From a virus (lineage: Duplodnaviria; Caudoviricetes): a DNA stretch of 40,366 nt. The notes beneath the pieces were generated by a model. That model was given only the letters and a program-made list of their open reading frames with translations. It did not search any database and had not been told where the DNA came from. The position numbers were made by a program, and so were the translations under genes. The DNA lies in IMG/VR virus record IMGVR_UViG_3300032305_000413, positions 1 to 40,366 of that record. One strand, given 5' to 3'. Of this stretch, positions 1-9,071 are shown piece after piece (positions within the stretch are counted from its first letter, which is position 1; the number at the start of each line of letters is the position of its first letter).

Positions 1-123
1 AAACGATTAGTAACTTGTTGTTGTTCAATAAACTCTTCCTGAGAACCTAAACTCATTTGCCATTTATCACGTTTAATAGGAATAACCTGAGCAATAGGTG
101 TACCTGCAGGAATAAGTCCTTCA
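1..123. repeat. Terminal direct repeat, copy 1 (circular assembly overlap)
   Basis: Bases 1-123 are identical to 40244-40366, and an ORF reads straight through the join. Confidence 0.95.
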
Positions 124-641
124 AAGTTTACATCGTTAAGCACAAATGGAAAGTTTACTGGAGCAGTATAAGTATCAGTATCTACAATTCCTGGAAGAAT
201 TGTAAAAGAAGATTCTCTGTGCATAGGTTGAGTAAACAAAACAGAGTAACCTTTAGGAGTTTTAATTGCCCAGGGGTTAATCCATTTTGGATAAGCCATA
301 TGACCATTACGATTAGGATGCTCTGGTGCTTGCTCTATTGGATGAAATTGAATAAGCCCATAATTTGACCATTCAAACCAAGGTTGTTTACCACCATCTT
401 GAGTCTCTTTCTGAGAAACAAATACATCAGCAGCAGATACAATTATATATCCACCAATAATAGCATCAAAGACTGGCATACAACGTTTAATAGTTGCAGC
501 AGATGTCCCATTACCAGTAGGTTTCTTTTCTCCATTTATATAAGATTCTAGTTTTTTATACCAATCTGGAACAAAAGCACTTGCTAGTTTAGGGGAGTAT
601 TCTTCTGGAACACTTGCTGTATTTGTAAACTTTATTTCCAT
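1..641 (-). CDS. 5' part of a 233-aa protein spanning the circular junction (DUF6065-like, dUTPase-like beta fold)
   Basis: Not in the ORF track. Hand translation from ATG 641: MEIKFTNT...PDWYKK...TIKRCMPVFDA...KWINPWAIKTPKGYSVLF...PGIVDTD...PAGTPIAQVIP. It continues at 40243 to TAA at 40183. Family call is from motif recall. Confidence 0.8.
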   Translation of the reverse strand, partial: MEIKFTNTASVPEEYSPKLASAFVPDWYKKLESYINGEKKPTGNGTSAATIKRCMPVFDAIIGGYIIVSAADVFVSQKETQDGGKQPWFEWSNYGLIQFHPIEQAPEHPNRNGHMAYPKWINPWAIKTPKGYSVLFTQPMHRESSFTILPGIVDTDTYTAPVNFPFVLNDVNFEGLIPAGTPIAQVIPIKRDKWQMSLGSQEEFIEQQQVTNR

Positions 642-659
642 TTTTTCCCCTAAGTTAGT

Positions 660-1070
660 TTAGAATACTGGTCTATCAATTGTGATTCTATCTTCATCAA
701 ATGACCAATCATCAGTTGGAATCCATTCTAACTTAGAATCACTCCAAGTAAAATCGCCTTCTGGTTTTGGAGTTGGTGCTTCCCATTTCCAAGTTTCTTT
801 ATTAAAAAGAAAACCGTAACGAGATTTCATTGGAATAAATGCATCATATTCTGGGTCATAAGAATCTCCAGTTGATGGATAGTGTTTGCGTAATGGTGTT
901 CCACCTTTTAAATGCTTGCCCTCATGTGTATTAAATGAGCATTGAAACCATCGTCCAGGTTGACCCATATCTTCTGTAATAAATTCTACTCCACGATACT
1001 CTTGTTCATTGCTTATAGCAATTACTTGAACAACAATGTTATCATCGTTAACTTTTGCAAAATGTGCCAT
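660..1070 (-). CDS. Conserved tail-fiber-associated phage protein (MAHFAK-type)
   Basis: The likely start is ATG 1070, just after the upstream stop. The MAHFAKV...W.QCSFN...YD...DAFI pattern is typical of genes that follow Gly-rich fibers in aquatic phages. Confidence 0.6.
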   Translation of the reverse strand: MAHFAKVNDDNIVVQVIAISNEQEYRGVEFITEDMGQPGRWFQCSFNTHEGKHLKGGTPLRKHYPSTGDSYDPEYDAFIPMKSRYGFLFNKETWKWEAPTPKPEGDFTWSDSKLEWIPTDDWSFDEDRITIDRPVF

Positions 1071-1072
1071 TT

Positions 1073-2008
1073 TTATTGTTCCCACTCTACTCTAGCATAA
1101 CCACTGGCACCAGCAACTCCACTACGTTGACTACCGCCCGTGCCACTTCCACCTTGACCTGAATTTGCACGAGGTGCGCCAGAATTTGAAGCATTTTGTC
1201 CAGGTTGTTGAGCACTACCACCAGCACCAAATCCATAAAGAGAAGGTCCACCTTTTCCACCAGTGCTACTAGTTGAACCCGCTCTTTCACCGTGACCACC
1301 TGCGCCACCTCCGCCAGCGCCGCTAGTATTAAGGCTACCTCCGCCAAAACCGCCAGCACTGCCGCCAACATTAGGAACAATGGGACCGTCATTAGAATAA
1401 CCACCACCAGAGTGCGCTCCACCACCAAGTGAACCAGTGTTACCATTAGTGCCAGGTCCAGCATCATAACCACCACCACCACCACCACCTGCAACAAGCA
1501 AATTGCCAAATGCAGTAGCCGTGCCAGAACCGCCGTTGCCACCGTTGCTAATACCAGCGCTACCGCCGCCGCCAATATTTACTGCGTAATTTGTTCCAGG
1601 TGTTACAGAAAGCCATTCATAAAGAACTTGCCCTCCTCCGCCGCCGCCGCTAGTCTGACTTGCATTACCACCAGAACCTCCGCCGCCGCCAACTAGTAAA
1701 ACTTTTACATAATTAGTGCCAGTAGGTGCTGTCCAGTTGCCTGAATTATAAAATACTTGAGCGCGCCAAGATTTGGCAGCAGCATAACTTTGAACAATAT
1801 TTGTAATAGAAGTATTTGTAGGCACCGCAGCAGCAACTGCATTAGCAATGCTTGAGTTAGTAGGCACTGCTGCTGCTACTGCAGATGCAATAGTAGAGTT
1901 TGTTGGAACTGCTGCAGCAATAGATGAGTTAGTAGGTACAGCAGCGGCTACCGCTGTAGCAATGTCTGTATTTTGAGGACCAACCCCAGGGATTCTTTCA
2001 ATAGCCAT
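1073..2008 (-). CDS. Glycine-rich tail fiber / receptor-binding-like protein
   Basis: Four N-terminal AAAVPTN(S/T) repeats, then a WTAPTG...VLLVGGGGG glycine-rich domain. Confidence 0.7.
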   Translation of the reverse strand: MAIERIPGVGPQNTDIATAVAAAVPTNSSIAAAVPTNSTIASAVAAAVPTNSSIANAVAAAVPTNTSITNIVQSYAAAKSWRAQVFYNSGNWTAPTGTNYVKVLLVGGGGGSGGNASQTSGGGGGGQVLYEWLSVTPGTNYAVNIGGGGSAGISNGGNGGSGTATAFGNLLVAGGGGGGGYDAGPGTNGNTGSLGGGAHSGGGYSNDGPIVPNVGGSAGGFGGGSLNTSGAGGGGAGGHGERAGSTSSTGGKGGPSLYGFGAGGSAQQPGQNASNSGAPRANSGQGGSGTGGSQRSGVAGASGYARVEWEQ

Positions 2009-2310
2009 TAGGAAATCTCCACTCCGCTGATGTGATAGTTAATGCTTGTTGCTGATGCTAAACCCGTAATTGTTTGGGTTGCTGCAAGTACTTGCTTAAG
2101 GTCAATAGCAGTAATGCTATTAGCAGGAACAGATACTGCTGATGCAATAGCCACTCCATTGAGTGCAAGTGTAAATGTACCTGCAGTTCCTGCAGTATTA
2201 GCAATAACAATATTACTAATTACTGTTGTTGTTGTTGATGGCACTGTGTAAAGAGTTGCCGATGATGTTGCAAAGGCTGCTCTTGCTAGTGCTTTAGTTG
2301 TTGTTGGCAT
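2008..2310 (-). CDS. Small tail-associated beta-rich protein
   Basis: 100 aa, TLYTVP...ISGVEIS; translationally coupled within the fiber cluster. Confidence 0.55.
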   Translation of the reverse strand: MPTTTKALARAAFATSSATLYTVPSTTTTVISNIVIANTAGTAGTFTLALNGVAIASAVSVPANSITAIDLKQVLAATQTITGLASATSINYHISGVEIS

Positions 2311-2325
2311 TTGTTGTTCCCTTTC

Positions 2326-4797
2326 TTAGAACGCACCCATGATGGTCATGAGTTCCAAATCAATTTCAAATCCGTTAGCATCAAGTGTTGCGAATACATC
2401 CGAGCGGAGTTTAGTAAATCCAACCAATGTTGTATTAGTTGAACCTGAGGCAATAGATGTTGAACCAAGGGTAGGTGCTGAGTATCCAGCGACAGTACCC
2501 CATGATGGCGTAGTTCCATCTGTTGTTAGGTATTTGCCTGAGTTGCCAGTCTGTGCTGGTAGCCCTGCGTAGTACTCACTGAATGTAATTGCAGTAGTTC
2601 CGATAACAATAGGGTCTACTGATGTTGAGTTGATGAATGACTTGCCAGCATTTACTGTACCGTTAGAACAGAATAATTCATCGCCATTTCGCATTTCACC
2701 TGATGGGTTATTGTCCGCATCAGTTGCGCGAGTAAGCACCCAGGCTGTTACACCAGCAGAGCCATTGTTGGTAAGTGTGTAAATACCATTTTGCAACTGT
2801 GTTGTCTGGTCTTTAATAAGAACACGCTGACCTACAGATACCGATGCACCATCAAGAGTATTAAACGCACGAAGGGTATCTGCTGTAAGAGTTGCTCCTA
2901 CACCTGATGAGCCATTGTTGTATGTAACACCAAGATTTGTTGTTGAGGCTGCTGTTACTGCTTCATGATAGTTAATCTGAGTAACCACTGCATCAACATA
3001 CTGCTTAGTAGCAAGACCAAGATTTGTAGTTGGGTCTGCAGCAGCAAGTCCACCACTAAGAGTTAAAGCGGTAATTGTAGATACAGTTGCACCAGAACCA
3101 ATAGTTGTACTACCAAGAGTAGGTGCTGTGTAAACAGATGTAGTTGCAATCTGCACCCATGTTGAACCTGACCATACATACATGTTGTTAAGAACATTGT
3201 TCCAATAAATAGCACCCACAAGAAGTGTGTTGCCATCATTGTCTACTGTAGGAGCAGTTGACTTGCTACCAAGGTAGCGGTCATCGAAGTTGTCATAGGT
3301 TGTTGCAGCACTTGATGCAGAAGTTGCAGCAGAAGATGCTGACAAGGTTGCAGATGATGCGCTAGTCAAAGCAGAAAGCGCTTCAACTCCTGCCGAGTTA
3401 GCCGAAGTAGCAGCCGATGCGGCACTTGTAGCAGCAGCAGTCTGGCTAGTAAGCGCACTTGATGCACTAGTAGCAGCAGATGTTGCAGATGTTGCTGCTG
3501 CAGTTTGACTTGTTAAAGCGCTAGAGGCTGATGTTGCTGCAGAAGTAGCAGATGTAGCAGCAGCAGTTGCACTATTGGCAGCACTTGTTGCACTTGTTGC
3601 AGCAGCACTTGCTGAGTTAGCAGATGCTGTCGCTGAGTTAGCAGCACTCGTAGCACTTGTCGCTGCAGCAGATGCACTGTTGGCAGATGCTGTTGCATAC
3701 CCAGCAATAGTTGCTACAGAAGCGGCAGCAGTTGTCGCACTTGCATCGGCACTTGTTGCACTAGTGGCAGCAGCAGTAGCAGAAGCAGCAGCGCTTGTAG
3801 CGCTGGTTGCTGCAGCCGTTGCGCTGTTAGATGCGCTTGTAGCAGAAGTAGCAGCGGCTGTAGCAGAGGCAGCAGCAGAGGTTGCTGAGGTAGCCGCTGC
3901 AGTTGCTGATGTAGCCGAAGCACTGGCTGATGAAGCAGAGGCTGTTGCGCTATTGGCTGCACTTGTGGCTGATGTTGCAGCAGCAGCAGCGCTTGCAGCA
4001 GCAGATGCTGCGCTAGTAACTGCACTGGTTAATGGACCAAAGAAAGCATCTACATAATCTTTAGGTGTAGCAGAAGATGAAACCATGCCAGCAGATGAAA
4101 GACCAGTAAGTGTTACACCAGTCATATCAATAGTCTTATTAGTAAGAGTCTGAACTGCTGTATGAAGAACAACTATGCCATTTGTGTTAGGCAAGGTAAT
4201 AGTATTATCTTGCGTTGGCTCTGCTACTGTAAGAGTTGTCTCATGAGCATCAGCAGTTGCACCTTCAAAGACAATGCTTGCATCTACACCAGCACCAGAG
4301 ATGCTTGGATTAGTAATTACTGGAGATGTAAGAGTCTTGTTAGTCAGAGTCTGTGTCTTAAGAGTACCAACAATAACACCATCACCTGTTGCAATACCAT
4401 GCACATGTGTTTGGTTAGCAGCGTTAAGGATTGTCTGGTCAATGTCATAACCACGAGCAGCAATGTGGTTCTCTGACTCACGGAAGTCACGACCTGAAAC
4501 ACCATGTCTTACAACAGCACCAGCGGAGTGGGCTACAGCCTGTGTATTGTCAGAGCCACGAGTTACAGTAAGTGTTGTTCCGCTACCAGCGGTAACAGTG
4601 ACAACTTCTTCCTTAGATGTATCTGGGTCAACAATAAGAGTGTATGGGTATGATGAGGGGAAACCAGATACTGAACCAACGATAAACGAAGTGTTCGCCT
4701 GTCCCTGTGATTGTGCGGGAATTGATGAACCGAGTGCGGTTTCAACTGCTGTTGAGGAGTAGTACCGCGCTGGGGAGCCTGGGTCGCCTGCTGCCAT
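2326..4797 (-). CDS. Long tail fiber protein with Ala/Ser/Thr heptad-repeat stalk
   Basis: 823 aa with an SATAAAT repeat stalk, QTLTNKT motifs, and ATKQYVD and RVLIKDQT...NGIY fiber motifs. Confidence 0.8.
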   Translation of the reverse strand: MAAGDPGSPARYYSSTAVETALGSSIPAQSQGQANTSFIVGSVSGFPSSYPYTLIVDPDTSKEEVVTVTAGSGTTLTVTRGSDNTQAVAHSAGAVVRHGVSGRDFRESENHIAARGYDIDQTILNAANQTHVHGIATGDGVIVGTLKTQTLTNKTLTSPVITNPSISGAGVDASIVFEGATADAHETTLTVAEPTQDNTITLPNTNGIVVLHTAVQTLTNKTIDMTGVTLTGLSSAGMVSSSATPKDYVDAFFGPLTSAVTSAASAAASAAAAATSATSAANSATASASSASASATSATAAATSATSAAASATAAATSATSASNSATAAATSATSAAASATAAATSATSADASATTAAASVATIAGYATASANSASAAATSATSAANSATASANSASAAATSATSAANSATAAATSATSAATSASSALTSQTAAATSATSAATSASSALTSQTAAATSAASAATSANSAGVEALSALTSASSATLSASSAATSASSAATTYDNFDDRYLGSKSTAPTVDNDGNTLLVGAIYWNNVLNNMYVWSGSTWVQIATTSVYTAPTLGSTTIGSGATVSTITALTLSGGLAAADPTTNLGLATKQYVDAVVTQINYHEAVTAASTTNLGVTYNNGSSGVGATLTADTLRAFNTLDGASVSVGQRVLIKDQTTQLQNGIYTLTNNGSAGVTAWVLTRATDADNNPSGEMRNGDELFCSNGTVNAGKSFINSTSVDPIVIGTTAITFSEYYAGLPAQTGNSGKYLTTDGTTPSWGTVAGYSAPTLGSTSIASGSTNTTLVGFTKLRSDVFATLDANGFEIDLELMTIMGAF

Positions 4798-4806
4798 TTG
4801 TCTGCC

Positions 4807-5700
4807 TTATCTCTGGTAGTGGGAACGAAGTGGATGTTGACGGCGCTGGTTGTCCGCTACTTCATTTAAACGCTGTTGGTAAATGTTGTATAGGAATCTG
4901 GAAGCGTTCTGTCCAGAACCTACTGGTGTTACGCCATCAAAAATATCTGCTGCTGCAGATTGTGGACCAAGGCGTGATGGGTCTAAGAATGAAACCATAC
5001 GGAAGGCTGCGCCATAGATGACAACATCTTCTGAGTATGATGGTAAACCTGTAGTTGTTGCGTAATCATCATCTTCATCTACTAACAATGTAGGGCGCTT
5101 CTTGTACACTACATGCACTGTCTGTCCAGGAGTAATACCTGAATAGATACTGATGCTACGAGCAGTTGCAAAAGCATCTGTGTCTGCTGTGTGGTCTAGT
5201 GTGTAGCCACGAACTGGGAACCATTCACGAGATGGTCCAACTGTTGAGTAAGACACACCAAGGACTGCCTGGAAATCTGCTGGCAACTGGTAAGTAGTGC
5301 GTGCTGCGATGAAGGGGAAGTCAGTTGTACCAGTGGCAAATACCATTGGGTACATAGCATCAATAGTGTTATTGATTGCCTTTTTGATTTCTGCTCGTGG
5401 AAAGATTGGGCTGGCAATTACCTTTGCATTTTCTGAATGTGCAGCAGGTGTAGTTCCACGCTGTCCACGACCCCATGGGGTAAGTGTCAATGTGTTGGCT
5501 ACATTGTCCGTACTGTTGACAAATACAATTTCATCATCAATCTGTACAAAACCACGACCCATGCCACTGGCATCGGCAACAGATACTGTAGTTGCTGTTG
5601 ATGATAAAGATGATGTTATCCAACTGGTTGGCTCAACATTGTCTGTGTATCCGTGGAGAACTGAATCAACGCGCTCGATTAAATCTGAATATGAACTCAT
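4807..5700 (-). CDS. Putative head-tail adaptor / tail tubular protein A
   Basis: 297 aa, located between the capsid-associated genes and the fiber; has an RG.RGT.AAAH beta insert and a helical C-terminus. Confidence 0.55.
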   Translation of the reverse strand: MSSYSDLIERVDSVLHGYTDNVEPTSWITSSLSSTATTVSVADASGMGRGFVQIDDEIVFVNSTDNVANTLTLTPWGRGQRGTTPAAHSENAKVIASPIFPRAEIKKAINNTIDAMYPMVFATGTTDFPFIAARTTYQLPADFQAVLGVSYSTVGPSREWFPVRGYTLDHTADTDAFATARSISIYSGITPGQTVHVVYKKRPTLLVDEDDDYATTTGLPSYSEDVVIYGAAFRMVSFLDPSRLGPQSAAADIFDGVTPVGSGQNASRFLYNIYQQRLNEVADNQRRQHPLRSHYQR

Positions 5701-5972
5701 AGGTCAATGCTCCTTAAGGCTACAACTCCTGATAATCCAGTGGTTCCTGCTAACTCGTTACAGATAGCGTTATAGTCTTTGTAGTCTTTAGGTTGACGAC
5801 TTGAACTTGCTTTGTAATTTAGAGCAGCAATAAGACCTAGACCAGATGTTCCAGCCCATGCGTTAGCAGCACCTTGTTCTACTTTGTATGCTGTCATTAC
5901 GGGATATGTACCACCGTTTGCAAGACGATTAAGTTCGTCTGCTAATGAACTTCCTGCTCTACCTGTTGCCAT
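5697..5972 (-). CDS. Hypothetical virion-module protein
   Basis: 91-aa ORF with overlapping start/stop coupling on both sides. Confidence 0.6.
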   Translation of the reverse strand: MATGRAGSSLADELNRLANGGTYPVMTAYKVEQGAANAWAGTSGLGLIAALNYKASSSRQPKDYKDYNAICNELAGTTGLSGVVALRSIDL

Positions 5973-6130
5973 TACTTAGCCTTTCGCTTCGCTGCTGCGT
6001 TGTCTATAAGGTTTGGATAAGGACGACCAGCCTTCTTTGCTGCTGCCTTAGCCTTTGCTTTCTGTGCTGGTGTTAGTGGTGTTGATTTCTTCTTTGGATT
6101 CTTTGTATCCCAAAATGCTTTCTTCTTCAC
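5972..6130 (-). CDS. Small basic protein (52 aa)
   Basis: Below the ORF-track cutoff. GTG start overlaps the upstream TGA: MKKKAFWDTKNPKKKSTPLTPAQKAKAKAAAKKAGRPYPNLIDNAAAKRKAK. It fills the gap exactly. Confidence 0.75.
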   Translation of the reverse strand: MKKKAFWDTKNPKKKSTPLTPAQKAKAKAAAKKAGRPYPNLIDNAAAKRKAK

Positions 6131-6393
6131 CACTTCACCTTGTCTGCCCAATACGCTGCACTCATCTTGCCTTTGGCAATATTCTTTGCATGGCGTGCTT
6201 TGAACGATGCTTGACGGGCAGAAGGTTGTCTGTCTCCTGAGACTCCCTGTTGCCCAAAACGAATTGTCTTTACTTCCGAACCTGACTTAGCCACAACAAC
6301 ATGAGACTTTGTTGGATGACTTGGTGTGCGCTTGGGCTTGTTAAAGCCTGACACACCAGCACGGGCTAGGCGTGGGTCCTTCTTGGCTGGCAT
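6127..6393 (-). CDS. Conserved basic phage protein
   Basis: IRFGQQG...SFKARH...SAAYW...W motif, common in aquatic phages; function unknown. Confidence 0.7.
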   Translation of the reverse strand: MPAKKDPRLARAGVSGFNKPKRTPSHPTKSHVVVAKSGSEVKTIRFGQQGVSGDRQPSARQASFKARHAKNIAKGKMSAAYWADKVKW

Positions 6394-6551
6394 TACTTCT
6401 TCTTCTTAGCCATCTTTGCTTCGCTCATAGCGATAGCAACTGCCTGCTTACGAGACTTAACAGCGGGTCCACCCTTGCCTGACTTAAGGGTTCCACGCTT
6501 GTACTCGCCCATTACTTTTTCAACCTTCTTCATTGCTGCTTTTTTCTTCAT
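6393..6551 (-). CDS. Small basic protein, DUF6496-like (52 aa)
   Basis: Below the cutoff: MKKKAAMKKVEKVMGEYKRGTLKSGKGGPAVKSRKQAVAIAMSEAKMAKKKK. Confidence 0.75.
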   Translation of the reverse strand: MKKKAAMKKVEKVMGEYKRGTLKSGKGGPAVKSRKQAVAIAMSEAKMAKKKK

Positions 6552-6554
6552 GGT

Positions 6555-6728
6555 TTAGTCCTCGTAATCATCTTCCATCTCAAGGCGCTTGCCTGTTGGC
6601 ACTTCGCCAATACGCTGAATAGGTTTGTTGTACTGAGCAACATTTGCTGCAGTTGGAGCAGAGTTAACTTTTCTCCCACCGACACCATATGGACTCACTG
6701 TTCCATAACATCCGCACTTAATGCACAT
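6555..6728 (-). CDS. Hypothetical protein with N-terminal CxxCxC
   Basis: The likely start is ATG 6728 (MCIKCGC), with GGAG upstream. Confidence 0.55.
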   Translation of the reverse strand: MCIKCGCYGTVSPYGVGGRKVNSAPTAANVAQYNKPIQRIGEVPTGKRLEMEDDYED

Positions 6729-7281
6729 TTCTACTCCTTTGAACTGTAACTTGTGTTTCTCCGCCAACAGTTGTGTTGTAGTTAGCAGAAATCTGTATTG
6801 CTTTTATAGCAACTTCTTCGGCATCTTTGATTGTCTTAGGACCAACCATTGCTACTGCGCCAAGTGCTAAGTTGCCACCACCACCGATTGCATAGAACCC
6901 GCCATCATCGCGGGAGAAGGAGTAGTAATGGCTAATCTCATAAATGATTCCGTCAAAGGCAACGAGTGCATCAAAGCCTGCATCTCTATCAGCAGGGTCT
7001 GGGTTGTACCCATTGTCAATCATTGCCTTACGAAGTGATGGCAATACCTTGCTCATCATAAACTTATCTGAATCCATAACCCTGGATACTTTGGGTGGTA
7101 CCCATAGGTACTGTGCGATATTGGCTGCTTGGTCATCTCCAGCAAAGGCAATTACATATTCACCTTTGGTGATAACCTTCTCAATACCTTTGGCTGTGTA
7201 GGGCTTATCGTTGTAGGTAATCCTGGAATCACCAGCGATAACTGCTGCGTTCTTTAACTGGATACCAACGATGGCTGTCAT
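6718..7281 (-). CDS. Ntn-hydrolase, proteasome-beta/HslV-like peptidase
   Basis: M-T start giving Thr1, AGDSR, the conserved Lys in EKV, and YAIGGG at the position of the GSG motif. Confidence 0.8.
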   Translation of the reverse strand: MTAIVGIQLKNAAVIAGDSRITYNDKPYTAKGIEKVITKGEYVIAFAGDDQAANIAQYLWVPPKVSRVMDSDKFMMSKVLPSLRKAMIDNGYNPDPADRDAGFDALVAFDGIIYEISHYYSFSRDDGGFYAIGGGGNLALGAVAMVGPKTIKDAEEVAIKAIQISANYNTTVGGETQVTVQRSRNVH

Positions 7282-7290
7282 GTTTGCCCC

Positions 7291-7542
7291 TTAAGCGCCG
7301 TATGCTTTTCCTGTCTTTTGTGAAATATCTACTGCCTTTTGCACTGCCTTCATGCTTGTGCCTGCTGGCTGAATACCTTGAGCGCGGGCATCTTTGTATG
7401 CCTTGAGTTCTGCATCCCACTTTGTAGTGGACATACTTACTTTAGAATTGGCATCGCCTACACCCATCTCTAGTGTAGAAACCTTGCAGCCAAAGCATCC
7501 TTCAACATACTCAGGATGAATAGTTCTTTGATGTAAACTCAT
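7291..7542 (-). CDS. Hypothetical protein (H..H/CxxC motif)
   Basis: 83-aa ORF coupled to its neighbour; contains CFGCK. Confidence 0.6.
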   Translation of the reverse strand: MSLHQRTIHPEYVEGCFGCKVSTLEMGVGDANSKVSMSTTKWDAELKAYKDARAQGIQPAGTSMKAVQKAVDISQKTGKAYGA

Positions 7543-7799
7543 GCTGGTGTGATGTACTCCCCATAGCCTTGAGCAGTCAGGGCATCTGCTGTCTCTTGTG
7601 TAATTAAAGTCTTAGTGCCACCTAGGTAAAACTCACTAGCGGCATCAACATCTACTTGTGCTGGGTAACGATATGAGGAATAGATACCGTTAACTCTTAA
7701 GACAGAAACTCCTTTAATAATTTTGTAGCGTGAGAACAATGGACCATCACTCATTGGAGTTTCTTCAACGGTGGGTGTAGTAAAAATGTACTGTGTCAT
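7539..7799 (-). CDS. Hypothetical virion-module protein
   Basis: 86-aa ORF directly after the capsid gene, with an AGGA RBS. Confidence 0.6.
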   Translation of the reverse strand: MTQYIFTTPTVEETPMSDGPLFSRYKIIKGVSVLRVNGIYSSYRYPAQVDVDAASEFYLGGTKTLITQETADALTAQGYGEYITPA

Positions 7800-7820
7800 A
7801 TTGTCCTATTCTGTTGCAGA

Positions 7821-7842
7821 GGATGGGGCTTTCGCCCCACCC
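7821..7842 (-). terminator. GC-rich GNRA hairpin after the capsid gene (stabiliser or weak terminator)
   Basis: The minus strand reads GGGTGGGGC-GAAA-GCCCCATCC; there is no strong U tract. Confidence 0.55.
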
Positions 7843-7857
7843 CCCGACAACTACTGC

Positions 7858-9030
7858 TTAGAGAGCAGCGATTGATGAACCTGATTCGATGCGGTATAGA
7901 GCAGCCTCGCGGTAGCGTGACCATCCGATAACACCGTACCATCCGATTGGACGGAAGCGCATCAACTTATCGGTGATTGGTCCGATAACAACTGATGGCT
8001 CTTGTGCAACAGCCTCAGCCAATGCCTGCTTTCCAGCAAGGATTGTGTCGAATACACGAGTTACTGGTGTAACTGTTACTGTCGCTCCAACTGTTACAGC
8101 AGCAGTGTTTGCTGTATCTACTGTAATTGTTGTTGTTGAGCCTGATGTTGCGATTGCTGAAATCTTGGCACCTGATGCGATACCTGTTGCAGCAATCTTG
8201 TCGCCGACCTCTGCACGAGATGCGATGACAGAAGATGAAGCAACACCGATTGTGAACTGAGCAGATACGCCAGCAACAGTTACTGTTGTTGTAGCGAGTG
8301 CTGTCTGGTCTGCACCTGCCTTGGCTGAGAACATGCGTGGGTTTTCAATGAAGAAAGCACCTTCGTATGTTCCGATTGAGCCTGCGAATAGGTTACCCAA
8401 TGAAGCATCTGTGTGCTGGTGTGTGTCACGCCAGCCGACATTGCCTGTCTCAGCACGAAGGTCGTGTGAAACTTCTGGGTGGATACCTGTCCAGTATAGG
8501 CTTCCTGCACGAGGCACAGCCTTGTTTGTACGCAACTTAGCAACTGCCTTGCGAAGGTTAGCAGATGTGATTGTCATACCTGCTGTGATTGTTGCTGTTG
8601 ATGTTGCTGTACCTGAGTAGATAACATTCACACCGTTGACAAGCGCTTGCTGCGCGATGTCATCTAGTGAGTCAGCCATGTTGTAAGCGATGATGTCAGC
8701 GATTGCTGGGTCAACATCTGATAGTGAAAGCAGTTCCAACTTGCGTGTTGCAAGTGCAGCGTTACCCTGTTCGTTTAGAGTAACTGAAACTGTTGAGACA
8801 TCTGGTAGTGCTACTGCATCTACATCGGTTGTCTCTGATAGAGCAGCAGTTGCTGCAGCCAAGTCATTGTAAAGTGAGAATACAACGCTTGAACCTGGCA
8901 TCGCCTGCTGAACTGGGCGCTTATCCGCTACTGCACGAATCATCGGCGTATCGCGGAGGGCAAATTCTACATAACGGTCATAAGCGGTCTTTACAAGACC
9001 TGCCATAGACGAGGTATCTGTATATGCCAT
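7858..9030 (-). CDS. Major capsid protein (N4-gp56-like)
   Basis: 390 aa, strong AGGAGGTG RBS, downstream of the scaffold gene; IHP...DL, G.IG.YEG..F.E and D.L.R...IGWY motifs. Confidence 0.9.
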   Translation of the reverse strand: MAYTDTSSMAGLVKTAYDRYVEFALRDTPMIRAVADKRPVQQAMPGSSVVFSLYNDLAAATAALSETTDVDAVALPDVSTVSVTLNEQGNAALATRKLELLSLSDVDPAIADIIAYNMADSLDDIAQQALVNGVNVIYSGTATSTATITAGMTITSANLRKAVAKLRTNKAVPRAGSLYWTGIHPEVSHDLRAETGNVGWRDTHQHTDASLGNLFAGSIGTYEGAFFIENPRMFSAKAGADQTALATTTVTVAGVSAQFTIGVASSSVIASRAEVGDKIAATGIASGAKISAIATSGSTTTITVDTANTAAVTVGATVTVTPVTRVFDTILAGKQALAEAVAQEPSVVIGPITDKLMRFRPIGWYGVIGWSRYREAALYRIESGSSIAAL

Positions 9031-9071
9031 GTGGGTTCACCTCCTGGTGATTGGTTAGTTGGTTGGGTTAA

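Noticed and set aside
57-368. Plus-strand 103-aa ORF
   Set aside because: It is the antisense shadow of the junction-spanning minus-strand gene.
3513-4057. Ala/Leu/Gln-rich alternative-frame and antisense ORFs here and throughout the structural and replication operons
   Set aside because: They are by-products of repetitive or biased codons in the real genes; they lack RBSs and operon fit.
1073-4797. Diversity-generating retroelement or invertible fiber cassette
   Set aside because: No reverse transcriptase, invertase or template/variable repeat pair was seen; the repeats are protein-level.
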